A stretch of DNA of 64,000 bases from Octopus sinensis (GCF_006345805.1 NC_043002.1:16802001-16866000); one strand, 5' to 3'; positions 13,558-26,822 are shown, counted from the first letter of the stretch. Numbers and translations are program-made. The notes: a model not told the origin generated them from the letters alone.

Positions 13558-13888
13558 ATGTATGTAAATACACCACTGTGTGATACACTGGGCAAGTGAC
13601 CTCTACACATCTCGGCCCATTAAAATGTCTTGAGTGGCATTAGAATTTGAAATATAAAAGAAGCCTTCATTTATATATAATATATTATATACGTATATGT
13701 GTGTGTGTATGTGTGCGTGTGTGTGTGTGTGTCTATGTGTTTGCGTGTGTGAGTTTGTTTATGTTTTGTTCTACATCACCGATTAACAACCGATCTCGTT
13801 AAGTTTACATCACCATAGATTAGAGGTTCGGCAAAAACGGATAGAGTAAGTTCCCGTCTGTTGTGTGTACATTATTTACATTATTTAC

Positions 13889-13990
13889 GGGCATATGGCG
13901 TAGTAGTTAAGAGCGCGGCCTACTAACCCCAAGATTCCGAGTGCGATTCCAAGCAGTGACCTGAACAATAATAATAATAATAATAATAAT

Positions 13991-14074
<84 letters not shown>

Positions 14075-14300
14075 AAGAAGAAGAAGAAGAAGAAGAATAA
14101 CAACAACAACAACAACAACAATGTATACCTTATGAACGAGAACCCAGATTCGAGATTTCTCCAAGACACCTGAAGAAGGCTGGAGGGTATATCAGCTGAA
14201 ACGTTGAGTTAACAACAAACAAGATGAGGACAAATATCCATCGAATGTAAATAATGTAAATAATGTACATAATTCCTCATCTCTTAAATATAGAAATGTG
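13889..14300 (+). mobile_element. Composite tRNA-headed SINE-like element with (AAT)n(AAG)n(AAC)n spacer and Penelope-like hammerhead tail (family D)
   Basis: A-box TGGCGTAGTAG (13896), anticodon-loop-like CTACTAA, B-box-like GTGCGATTC (13941), compound microsatellite 13967-14121 and hammerhead core 14165-14210. The tail is also present, degenerate, at about 50355-50455. Confidence 0.75.
14165..14210 (+). ncRNA. Minimal type I hammerhead ribozyme motif (probably partly decayed)
   Basis: GACAC-CUGAAGA-A-GGCUG-loop-CAGCU-GAAA-CGU-U-GAGUU. It has the CUGANGA and GAAA cores, a 5-bp stem II, a palindromic ACGU stem III and a stem I with one A.A mismatch. Confidence 0.6.
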
Positions 14301-14708
14301 TTGTGTGTGTATAAATATAATGGCGTATTACTTTAATCACTCAGATCGAAACACCAAGCAAGCAAACACATCATAAATGCTTCTGGTGATATTGCAGAGA
14401 CGCATTAGCATGGGATAAATGTTGACCGTTTGTATTTCTGTTGAAATGTAAATTACATATTATGATAATTCTTATGTAATACCACCCATTAAATATTCAA
14501 TAAACTGGAGGCGTAAATTTTTCTTAAATTTCTGGTTAATATGACTAATATATATTCGTTGAGATGCCGAGTGAATTCCGTATACTTAAATCAACACAAC
14601 TGTGGGCAAGAAGCCAAATAAGATTTTCTTACTTCCTTTGGTTGTTCTATATTTATCAAAGACTATTGTATTGTAAGAGCATAACTTGTAATATCATTTA
14701 TATGTATA

Positions 14709-15567
14709 TTGAGTCTCACCACAAATATTGCGGCTTTTTTATACTTCTTTTATTTATCAAAAGATAATCAAAGTTATTGTCTACATTGCTGTTCCATCTA
14801 TCCGGTAGAGTTGCAAGACTCCTCTTCCAAAATTCGCTTGATCCTGACGAAAAAATAGACCTCTGACTTCAATAGAGTTCATATGTTTTCCATGAAAAGG
14901 ATTTTGAAGACTGTGGAATAAATGATAATCAAATGGGATAATGTCCCGCGACATATGGAGGGTGAGGCATCGTTTACCATTCAAACTGCTTCAGTCTTTG
15001 AAATATCCTTGCTGTATATGGGCCAGTAGTATCCTGATGGAAGAACACCTTTCGAATTGAAATCAAAGATGGTCATTTTCCTTCCAGTGCTGACTTGAAT
15101 TACCAAAACCAAGCTTCTCTGCTAATTCTTCAACAGTTACGACGAGATTTCGTTCTACCAAGGTTTGCAGGACGTCCTCGTCGAGCTCTGCAGATCTTCC
15201 AGGACGAGTCGCTTCTTCTAGGTTGTAGTTTCCGGCTTAGAGTTTCAGGAACCACCGTCGACAGTAGTTTACGCTTACTTACCGATCCCCATATATTGCA
15301 TTAATATTCCTTTCACTTCCATTTGTGCTATTTATTGAACTAACAAAACAAAAAATGCCGTTTATGCTCCTTTGTCACTTCAATTATAACTATAAAAGAA
15401 TAACTGTTACAATCGAACTGCACTCTTCAAAATTTGCACTGAGAATAAGTACTACATAAAATAACTGGTTGATTATATAGCACGTTGATGCAGGTAGTAT
15501 AACACGTCCCCATCTGACTTTTAATTTAGGCAATTAAAACAACCACACTATTTATGTGATGACTCAA
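14709..15567 (-). mobile_element. Internally deleted, decayed mariner transposon (Mos1/Hsmar1-like)
   Basis: Imperfect TIRs starting TTGAGTC at both ends, TA flanks. Minus-strand translation gives WFLKL*AGNYNLEEATRPGRSAELDEDVLQTLVE, FHQD, PHPPY, DYHLFHSLQN, EFWKRSLATLPDRW. Confidence 0.85.
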
Positions 15568-15587
15568 TATATGTGTATATCTTTGTA

Positions 15588-16046
<459 letters not shown>

Positions 16047-16263
16047 CACACAAACACAGAAACCCATATATATATTCATATTATATATATGTATATATAT
16101 ATATATACATAAAGGTCAGATAAGAGGAAAAAAATCTATCAGAAAGGAACTCTAATCTTTTGATAAGCATAACAAATGCGCAACCGGTAAAAAGAACTTC
16201 ACCTAATTAAATTACTTAAATTACTTAAATTATTTTGTCACCATTTTCTTCATTTCCTTTTTT

Positions 16264-16301
<38 letters not shown>

Positions 16302-16929
16302 TATATATATACATATGTATATTTTATATATTCATGTATACAGACATGCACACACGCACGTATACACGTACACACACCGCACACACCACCGCACACATAA
16401 ATATGTGTCCGCAGATGTAACTCTCCTTTACTGCCCGGTATATGTCAAAAGTTTGAACTTGGTTAAATTCTTGTCTTTTTTGCTAATACGGAGCCATTTT
16501 GTACGTATATGAAGAGCTTACGTTCAAACTTGTATAAGTTCATATTTGGCCGATTTCATGATAAAGCATTAAAACGGAATCTGCAAGCTGTTGGCTTCAC
16601 GAACGTGAAATTTTTGTCAGTCAAACTGGTAAAGATGCCATATAGGCAGTAGGCGAATATTTGTCTTGCAATCAAATTCAGACATATTCAAGTTATTGCT
16701 TCCTCAATTACTCAAAATTCATTCCGATGCAGAAATATGGTTTTTGAAATTAAGATCTTCACCATGCATCCATGCTGTGTATATATAGATTCAGGCTTTC
16801 TCAGTATTGCTATGTTCAGTTGTCAGCGCGAATCTGACGGCAATATTCGCACCCGTTCCATTCATAACTAGTTATACATACACATAGGTATGCACATATA
16901 AACGGATATACTCATTTATTCGTTTTTTA

Positions 16930-17133
16930 TGTGTTTCCTTCATTCGACTTCGACCATGCTGGAGCACCGCATTTAATTGAACAAATCGGCACCATGACTT
17001 ATACTTTGTAAGACTAGAAGATATCCTATCGGTCTCGTTTCCCGATCCACTATGTTACGGGGACGTAATCATACATCGGCTCTCAAGCGATGATGGGGAG
17101 GGGCCAAAGACAGACACGCACAAATATACACAC

Positions 17134-17184
<51 letters not shown>

Positions 17185-17345
17185 ATGAGATCCTTTCTGT
17201 TTCCGTCTACCAAATCGACACACAAGGCTTTGGTCGGCCCGAGGCTATAGTAGAAGACAGTTGTCCAAGGTGGCACGCAATGGGACCGTACCCAGAACCA
17301 TGTTGTTGGGAAGCTAGTGTCTTAACACACAACTATGCTACGCCT
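16930..17345 (-). mobile_element. Full-length diverged family-A SINE
   Basis: Colinear with 545-969, including the internal (TA)n. Confidence 0.85.
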
Positions 17346-17705
17346 ATATATGTAAGATATATGTGTTGTGTAACAATGCACCGTCAATATAAATTGCGGA
17401 AGTAGAATGTTTACGCAAGCAAAACAAAAGTTGAAGAAACTGATTTTTTTATCGGTAATTTGTATCTAAAACACCTTATCAATCTTTCCTGATACCCACC
17501 AATTTGCGTACACATTAATGCAGTATATAACTACCAATTTACAAGCTTATAATTAATTTATATTGTTACAGAAAAATACTCAAATATCGTGTGGTAATTG
17601 CGTCAAAATTGTAACGTGAAGGTTATCAACAACACCTCTGAAATTAATATTCAGTAGAGGGTAACTCAAACCTCTATACCAGCGGGTGCACAAACGAACA
17701 TACAC

Positions 17706-17740
<35 letters not shown>

Positions 17741-18176
17741 CATGTATGTGTATGATCATATCCACAGACACGCATACATATATGCATACATATACATACA
17801 TACACACACGCACAAATATATTTACATATAAACATAATTAAAGGATAAAATAATTTAAATTAATGAATCTGTGACCAGAATATAAAAAGAAAACTTTTAG
17901 GCAAAGTACATATACAAACATATAATTTACAGGATACAATTATACTTAAGGACGCGGAAACAACTATGCATAGACGCTGAAAATAGATGTCAAATACGTC
18001 TAACCACAGTAGATATTCACTCCACATATATACATAGCTTGAAAGCGGGAAAGGAACCGGAATAAAAATTTATAAACTAATTCAGATGGCTTCGGATCGA
18101 TCAATTTCTAGATTAGTGCGATATTTCTTCCTTCATCAGCAAATCTTACTGAGCGAAATTAAGGAAACTATTTATA

Positions 18177-18358
18177 CATACCCATAGAAAAGCATCGCAA
18201 AATGCGAATACATTCAAATATTCACAAGTATATACGCATCGAATTTCGTAGACCACCTGACATCGTGTGCATTTGGTCAGAATAGTACAGATGTGTATAT
18301 ATTTGTGAATATTTCTATTTACTCGTATGTATTTTGCGTGCGCTTTTCTATGGGTATG
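18177..18358. repeat. Imperfect inverted repeat (MITE-like hairpin)
   Basis: CATACCCATAGAAAAGC...AAATATTCACAAGTATATACGCATC pairs with GATGTGTATATATTTGTGAATATTT...GCTTTTCTATGGGTATG across a spacer of about 50 nt. Confidence 0.6.
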
Positions 18359-18775
18359 GATCCATATATATTTTTTTCATTTACTTTGCTCGGTATGGAT
18401 TGCAGATGAAAGAAAAGTTATCAGACAAAGCCAGAAACTGAGCAATCCAAAACTTTCTTAATTATTTTATGAATTCTTAATCAGTCTGCTTTCTCGCATT
18501 TAACCTCTGTATACGTGGAGTGAATATCTGCAATAGTTGGACTATTTGGTGTCTATTTTCAGCATATAAGCATGGCAGATTTTGTGCCCTATCTATGCAG
18601 CATTACTCGTATTACTTCCCATGACCTCAATCGTCTATGTTCTTGCCGTAAGACTTTCAATTCCGCACACACCAGCTTAATTTAATTCGTCCCTAGTCGA
18701 AAGACACCTGTTGTTAATGTCGTGTGCTTTATAGTTGTAATCGTGTACTATTTCTCCGTTTTTTAAAAAAAATTA

Positions 18776-20067
18776 CGAGGGGCGTTCAATAAGTAATGCC
18801 CCTGACCCACTTTCAGTTGTTTAATCTAGCTGCAATTTTGCATGTGCAATTATTTACATATCTATAGATTTAGTGGCAAATTACAGCTCTGAAATAATTG
18901 TGGTTTATGATTTACAGGTGTTTGAACTGAGTCAAGTGTGAAATGGAGCCAGTTGAGTGTCGAGCAGTGATTCGGTTTTTGTATTTGAAAGGACGCACAC
19001 CACAGGAGACTTTTGATGAAATGAAAGTAACTTATGGTGATGAGGCCCCATCATATGACCTTGTAAAACGCTGGCGTCGTGAATTCAAACATGGTCGGAA
19101 CTCTGTGGAAACAGCTCCCAGACCTGGTCGCCACTTTCTGCCATTGATGAGGCATCTGTCCGTCAAGTTGAGGCTGCCATTTTGGAAGATCGACGCATAC
19201 GTATTCGCCAAATAGCCCATAAGGTCACGATTAGTACCGGGTCTGTGGAAACTATCATTCATGACAATTTGCATATGAAAAAGGTGTCTGCCAGATGGAT
19301 TCCCAGGTTGCTCACACCTTTCCAGAAGCAAGAACGCGTCGATTGCTCGAGGATGAATTTGGAGATGTGCCAAGAAGATGAGTCAAAATTTTTCAAAAGA
19401 CTGATTACACGGGATGAAACCTGGGTCTATCACTATGATCCAGAGTCCAAAGCCCAGTCAATGCAGTGGAAGCACCGTGACTCACCTCCTCCAAAGAAGG
19501 CAAGGGTGCAGCCCTCCGCTGACAAGGTCAGGCTCACAGTCTTCGGGGACCAGGACGGAGTAGTGATGACAGATTTCCTGGCAAAGGGTGTCACAATTAC
19601 AGGAGTCTATTATGCTTCACTTTTCAGGAAATTAAGAGAAGCCATCAAAATCAAGAGGCGGGGCAAGATCAGCAAAGGCATCCTCCTCCTGCAGGACAAC
19701 GCTCCGATCCACAACTCGTGTGTCGCCAGATCAGAAGCACAGGCGTGCGGCTATGAACTCATCTACCATTCCCCCTACTCTCCTGACTTCGCACCCTCTG
19801 ATTTCCACCTCTTCCCTGCCATGAAGTTGTTTTTGAAAGGAAAGCGTTTCCCAGATGATGCAGCCTTTATTTCTGAAGTCACGTCGTGGTTGGAGGACCA
19901 TGATGGGGTCTTCTACAAAAATGGTCTTCAGAGTTGCATCAAACGATGGGAGAAATGCGTAACTCTGGGTGGTTCCTATGTAGAAAAAGACTAATAACTG
20001 TGCCAAGTTTTGTTGCTCTACTGCTATGGGAAGTGGGCCAGAGGCATTACTTATTGAACGCCCCTCG
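18776..20067 (+). mobile_element. Full-length mariner transposon (irritans-like), 1292 bp
   Basis: 36-bp TIRs (CGAGGGGCGTTCAATAAGTAATGCC...) with 2 mismatches; TA duplication at 18774-18775 and 20068-20069. Confidence 0.97.
18943..19994 (+). pseudogene. DD34D mariner transposase with a single -1 frameshift
   Basis: N-terminal HTH (MEPVECRAVIRFLYLKG...RPGR), 1-nt loss near 19135-19140, then WIPRLL, TRDETW, QDNAPIH, YSPDFAPSDFHLF. There are 34 residues between the 2nd and 3rd Asp; about 350 aa if repaired. Confidence 0.93.
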
Positions 20068-20368
20068 TATCTTTGTTTTCGTATATATTCGCTTGCTTTC
20101 TTCCAAAGAATCTAGTGCTCTTAGCTTAGATTTCTGCCAGAATAGAGCAGCCTCGAGATTAACCGACCGGAACTGCAAAGACGATCTGCTTCTCGACTGA
20201 AGACATTGAAAGCTCTGAATGTCGCGTCCTTGTTTTTCCTGCCCTTTTTGTATCATCTGCTGTCTGAATGTTTTGTAGTCGCCTGTTACATTTTGTTCCA
20301 TTTTTTGTTTAGATTATATATATGTAAATATATATATATGTTTCCATATATATATATTTGTATATATA

Positions 20369-20491
<123 letters not shown>

Positions 20492-20554
20492 GCATTTATG
20501 TATGTATGTATGTATTATATCTCTATATACCAGGTGAAAACATAATAAATGCAT

Positions 20555-22280
20555 AACAAACCGAAAACACACACAGATGCCAACCAATTCCTCATTAGTT
20601 ATAAGCCGGAGGGTCAAACGCAACTTCTCGACTTGAATGATAATATTTCTTTCTTTATTCCCGCATTGCAATTCTGGTAGAACACCATCAGCAATGTACA
20701 ATGCAGTCTGTCCAGCATTACACTTCAGACGAATTTTCCAGCAACAGCTAAAAGATAGATGCCGCGATAATTACCACAGACATCCTTTCCACCTTTAGAT
20801 TTTTATAGTATCTCCATAGTTGCATCACGCTAATCCGGAGGAACCTCTTCACTTTGCTAAACACATCCGCCAACATTGTACAGAAATTATCACCACCATA
20901 TTTATATATCTTTGCACCTAGTCCATCCATATCTGATGTCTCTCAATTTTTCAATTAACTGATTGCTGATTTTATTTCAGCCAGGTTTGGAACTTCTGCT
21001 ATAAGATGTTTTATTGGTCTCGTAGGTATATTGTCAAGAAAAGAGAGGTCAACTTCAGTGGGTCTATTGAGCAACTCATCAAAATGTTCTTTCCATCTCT
21101 CAAAAATATTTTTAAGACCTGTTAATAATTCTGTGCCATCATTCCTCCGAAGCGAAGCGGCCTTTGATGAAACTGGTTCACAAACTTCTTTCAAGAGAGA
21201 GTAAAAAAATTAGAATTGTTAGCATTTGAAGCTTCTTGGATTGCATCGCATCTATCACTCCACAAATTTTCCTGCATTACCCGCAGCTTCCTCTGTCCTG
21301 AAATATGAAGCCCCTTTCCTTTTCGCTGACATGTCAAACGTTTGCAACATGTTAATGCCCTTCGCTTGCCCTCTAAGATAAGGCTAACTTCATCATTATC
21401 GTCAGACTAAACATGGTGTTTTTTTTTACAAAGCCAAGAACGTTGCTACAAACTTCATATACACTTTCTTTGAATGACTTCCAGCATCAATCAAAGTACA
21501 CATTATTTATCTCACTCACAGACTCACTGCATACTGACAGAATCTAAAGTTTATTGACATAAATCCGTTTGGCTAGCTTGTCATTATTTGCTCTAACCAT
21601 AGGCTTGACAACAAAATACGCCTTGGCACGCAAAAGCGTATGGTCAGTCCAGCACTCTGCACCACGCATTACTCGTACAATAGCAAATTCCCTAGCAACT
21701 CACTTCCTGCTGAGGATGAATCTATAAGATACCATTTCTTTGAACGAGGGTGCATCCATGTCGTTTTTTTCTTAATCTTTAGTTGAAACATTGTATTCAT
21801 GACACACAAGTCCATCTCTACGCACATTTATAACAGTAGGAAACCATTACTGATTGGACTCCAAACCCCATGCTTTCCTAAGACACCCCAAGTCTCTAAA
21901 TCTGCACCAGCGAGCATTAAAATCTCCTAAAATCACAATTTGTCATCAAGTGGGATACTGCGTATTATCTCTGTAAGTGATAGATAGAAGGCAAGTTTAT
22001 CATCCTCTGATGAGATCATAGTTGGAGCATAAGCAATTATTAGTGTTGCATAGCGACTTTTTCTTAATATAAGTCTTAAAGACATCAAACGATCAGAATG
22101 ACTATATGGTAGTTCCTCAAGTTTTGAAGCCCGAGGGGTTTCGAAGGCAAACCCCACTCCTGATTCTCTCTTATAGGTCTCCTCCCTACTGCTCCAAAAT
22201 AAATGATACCCAGCAGATTCCTCAACGAAATTCCTCTTTCCATGAAATCTTGTTTCGGCTAACGCTACAACATCCATATC
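20555..22280 (-). pseudogene. Decayed RTE-clade (BovB-like) LINE fragment: endonuclease to start of RT
   Basis: DVVALAETR...SGVGF...DRLMSLRL...AYAPTM (APE endonuclease), ILGDFNAR, RWKEHFDELLNRP and DGLGAKIYKYGG; many stops and frameshifts. Confidence 0.88.
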
Positions 22281-22310
22281 ATATCGCTATAACTCTTTAT
22301 ATACATATAC

Positions 22311-22368
<58 letters not shown>

Positions 22369-22525
22369 ATAATTCAGGAGTTGAATGAATTATCTTATGG
22401 ATATTTCGGTTAACCGATACCTGGGTAGCAAATTCACATCAGAAAAACACGGTTGAAGCTACATGCCTAGGGCAGAGATCATGTGCTATCGTGTGGAAAT
22501 TTGTGTGTTTTGTCAAATACAAATA

Positions 22526-23805
22526 AATGAAAAAATGGAATTGAACGACGAATTAACAAAATTCCTTTATTTTATTTTCGACATATGTTTCGAAGGCTGC
22601 ATATTCCTAATTTCGAAGGAATAAGGGGTGCATTATGCCGCCTTCTCATCAGGAAAAGTAAGGAACTTATGTTAGCATCAAGATGCACAAACATTTTTAG
22701 ATGACTGCCCACACGGAGCCCATAGCGATAATGACTGTTTCTTTAAAATATTCCGTTATAAGCAGTGACGTCAAAAATGTTTGAATGTAGAAGATTCTAG
22801 AATGTTGAAGGGTTCAAACAAGGTTGGAGGATAGAGACCTAAGAATAGGAAGGTAAAAGGGTGCAGGTCAACTGAATGGTGATCTTGTTTTCTTTTGTGA
22901 ATGAGTGCCTATGTGTGTGTATGTATATAACTGCATTAATGGCCATGTGTGTGTATGTGTGTGCGTGATTGTGTGTGTGGATGGGTAGATGCTAAACACA
23001 GACAGTGGTGAAGTGACAGGTTTGTGTCTGTGTGTTTGATTGTGCTTACGATAGAGAGAGGGAAAGAGAGAGACAATGGTCGAGAAATCCTATAGATGCA
23101 TGCACTGGCAAAAACACACCTTTCACTCATATGAATAATGATTAATATAGATAACATCCTTGAATTTTAATAATATAGTCCCATTTATATTTCACCCCCA
23201 TAGTCAATTTTTATACTCTTAAAGGACTACTACCCAACCCTTTGAGGTGTGTTTTACCCTTATCTCTCTTACTCGCCCTCCTCTCTCTCTCTCTCTTTCC
23301 CTCTCTCTATCGTAAGCACAATCAAACACACAGACACAAACCTGTCACTTCACCACTGTCTGTTTTTAGCATCTACCCATCCACACACACAATCAGGCAC
23401 ACAAATACACACACATAGGCACTCATTCACAAAAGAAAACAACAAAATCACCATTCATTTGACCTGCACCCTTTTACCTTTCTATTCTTAGGTCTCTATC
23501 CTCCAACCTTGTTTGAACCCTTCAACATTCTAGAATCTTCTACATTCAACCATTTTTGACGTCACTGCTTATGACGGAATATTTTAAAGAAACAGTCATT
23601 ATCGCTATGGGCTCCGTGTGGGCAGTCATCTAAAAGTTTTTTGTGCATCTTGATGCTAACATAAGTTCCTTACTTTTCCTGATGAGAAGGCGGCATAATG
23701 CACCCCTAATTCCTTCGAAATTAGGAATATGCAGCCTTCGAAACATATGTCGAAAATAAAATAAAGGAATTTTGTTAATTCGTCGTTCAACTCCATTCTT
23801 TCATT
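22526..23805. repeat. 1.28-kb foldback with arms of about 520-550 bp
   Basis: 22526-23073 is the reverse complement of about 23288-23805 with few substitutions and one insertion of about 35-40 bp in the left arm; spacer about 215 bp. Confidence 0.93.
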
Positions 23806-23895
23806 ATATATATATATATATATATCTGTGTGTGTGAGTGTGTGCGCGCGTATGTGTGTGTGTGTGTGTATATATACATGTACATTCATATATAT

Positions 23896-23952
<57 letters not shown>

Positions 23953-25249
23953 CACACAAACATAAATATATATAGTTATTAATTTGTATATTATGTATAT
24001 TTGTGTATAACTGAATTTTAACAATAAAAGATTCATAAAATTGTGCAGACACAAAATCAACAATATTCCGATCTGCCCCGACCCGTCTGTACTTCCACAC
24101 ATATCACAGTCTAAATATAGTGAATCACAAGTTTCAATTTATAAGTTGGTAGTGTTTTTATTTAATCTGAGGCGTGCTTAGTAATAATTTAAAGACTTTA
24201 AACACAGGTCAACGTTCAGTAGTTGTCGTGTTTAATAGCTACATATTTCGTGCCTGATAATATTGCTAAATCATAAAGTAAAACGAGAATATCAGATTTC
24301 AATGTTTACATACAATATTTGTACAGAAAACCTTATAAAAATCTATTGATGAATTATTCAATAGAATATGAATGATTTTGATAAACGTTTTCATAAAATT
24401 ATGGATCAAGGAATTATATCTTTGCTAATCTGCTTTCATAAATGTAGCTGAATAAGTTTGCTTTAAGGTGAAATTGTTTTGCTGTTTGAGCCTTCACAAA
24501 TATGAATATGGATCGTGATACATCGATTATACTTCGAGCTGTAGGTTTACAGTGAATAAATTTAGTGTTTAATAATTTCTATGTCAGAGAGGTCGTAAAA
24601 ACGTTTTCGTCATTGGTAAGGCTGGAATTAATATATTATTGTTGCTATGAATATTAGAGTTGCTACGGATTTTGTCACCACTATTTTTTCTTGTTGTTGT
24701 TGGTGATATAACTGCAGAGTTGTAAAATTAGAATATATGAAATATTGAGTCGTGACGGCTTTGCAATATTTCAGGATATATTTAACTGCAATGCTGCGCA
24801 TGAAGTTACAGCAATGGAAAATATAATTGTTCATTATAGTGTTGTACAAAAGAGATGTAGTATTTCTTCATATTATGCAATACCAACGCCTGCTAATTCA
24901 TTATTCTGAAAGCGTGCGCACGCAAGCACACAAACCCAATCTCACACGCGCGTACTCTCACAGAGACATACATACATACATACATCCATACATAGCCAGC
25001 CAATTAAAATTTGTCGAATAAATTTCGTCGAAATTTTAGTTCTGATTATGAATATTTCAAGGTCAATTATTGTGCAAGATGGCAATACATTTATAAAACC
25101 CATCTTTAAACAATAAATACATACTAAGAGATCAGTGATGCGTTTTAAATTGTTTGCTATGTATCGTGGGTTGCTACATATGTCCACATATCCCTAAAGC
25201 ACACTCTATATTATAGAGTCTACAATATCCTCGTATGCATTCTATAACT

Positions 25250-26700
25250 TGCCTGTGTATGTTGTATTTAATACCGATCCTCTACACATTTAAAATAGTT
25301 ACGAAACATCAGGACGCGCACAAAAACTACGATAAAATCCTACAGTCATCTTCCGTCATCACCTGTAAAATCTACACCAGCAAAAGAATCAACATAATGG
25401 CTACCAACCACACCTTGCTGATATCCGTTGAAACAAACATTGGAGCTTCCCGACAAATCAGTCAACAAACTGTACAATGCCCAACATTCGATGTTCTCTG
25501 CGCTACATTTGAAGAACAATCGCACTCTAATTACAACGAGTCACAAGACTTCTACAGAAGCTGAAGGCCTGGATTTACAAATGAAAGACAAAATTACCAC
25601 GATCTCAAACAATCAATTGATTGTCGGTACATCTATTCACCAACTAACAAAATCATTTAAGTGATATTTTGAGCCGAGATTTAAAGGGATTATTTACAGT
25701 TGGGTTTCTCTCTTCTGTGCATACATCACTGTCAGAACTGCCGTAATATTCAAAACAGGACACTCTCACACATACGAAAAATTCACTTCTGTATAACCTT
25801 CCCTAACCATGCATCATCAATACGGAACCTAAACGGAACCACGAGAACGCCAGAACTGCAATGATTTCATAAACGGAGAATTTGGGTGTCGTCTTCAGTG
25901 GGACCAAACAGTAATTGTATTTTATCGACAATAATTATAACTCAAGTATTACATATATGTAAAATGCATCACCACAATCCATTCCTTCTTACATGAGAAG
26001 TGCTCAAAGAAGGGAACCACAATTGCTCAATATACTGAGTTTCAATATTAACTAGGATGTCTGCTTGCGAAACCTCATTTTGAATATAGTTAGAATCGTA
26101 TCGTGAGGATTATTCTCTTAGAATAAGATTTTTAAGTTTCTTATAGCTGTTCACATTCTAAAAACGTCGAATGAGACAAAAAAATTGATGACTGTTCCCA
26201 CACCTGGGTTGGTACTGCTAATGTATTTACTAATATCTCGAACTGGCAGACGGACAATTGCCTTTCCATCACTAACTCCAGCCGCTTTTTCTCATACACG
26301 CTGTTTTATATCTCAGCTTTCCTTCTCGTCTGCCCCTCAAATCTGGATACCACCATCACTCTGAGCTGCTAGTGCCTTACGCTTAACATTTGCTACCATG
26401 GATCGTCCAATCCACTCTTTTACTTATTCAGGAATATGCCCATCCCTTCTAACTCGAAATAGTTTCCGTTGGAATTTCCATCCCCGTCTATTTCTTTTAT
26501 GCAGTTGTTTGTATACAGCAGTTCAGCCACAACATATCAGCATTACTTTCTTATGTCCTACAAAGGTTATGAGATCTACCCACTTCCTCCAAACTAACCA
26601 AGTGCAAACCAAGAATACAATAACCTGGCCGAATTCAATATCAACAACGCTTTGCTTAAAACAAAAAAAATAAAACCCTTGGCATATATCTTATCAGACA
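25250..26700 (+). pseudogene. Possible highly decayed CR1/L2-like LINE RT region
   Basis: Weak ordered remnants (IDD, NWQTDNCLSI, SNLDTTI) in C-rich sense sequence; no long frame. Confidence 0.3.
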
Positions 26701-26822
26701 TATTCAACTGACACAAAATTTAACAACATTCAGGACCTTGACTAACAAATCTAAATGCTATATGATTTTTTATTCTGACTCACGAGATACCCTACAATTA
26801 ACATTAATACATAAGGAATTAT

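Larger units (their letters stand above)
18635..20310 (-). repeat. Penelope-terminus-like dispersed repeat split by the mariner insertion (18635-18775 and 20068-20310)
   Basis: Joined across the TA site, the two pieces align colinearly with the reverse complement of about 51570-51890. Confidence 0.7.
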
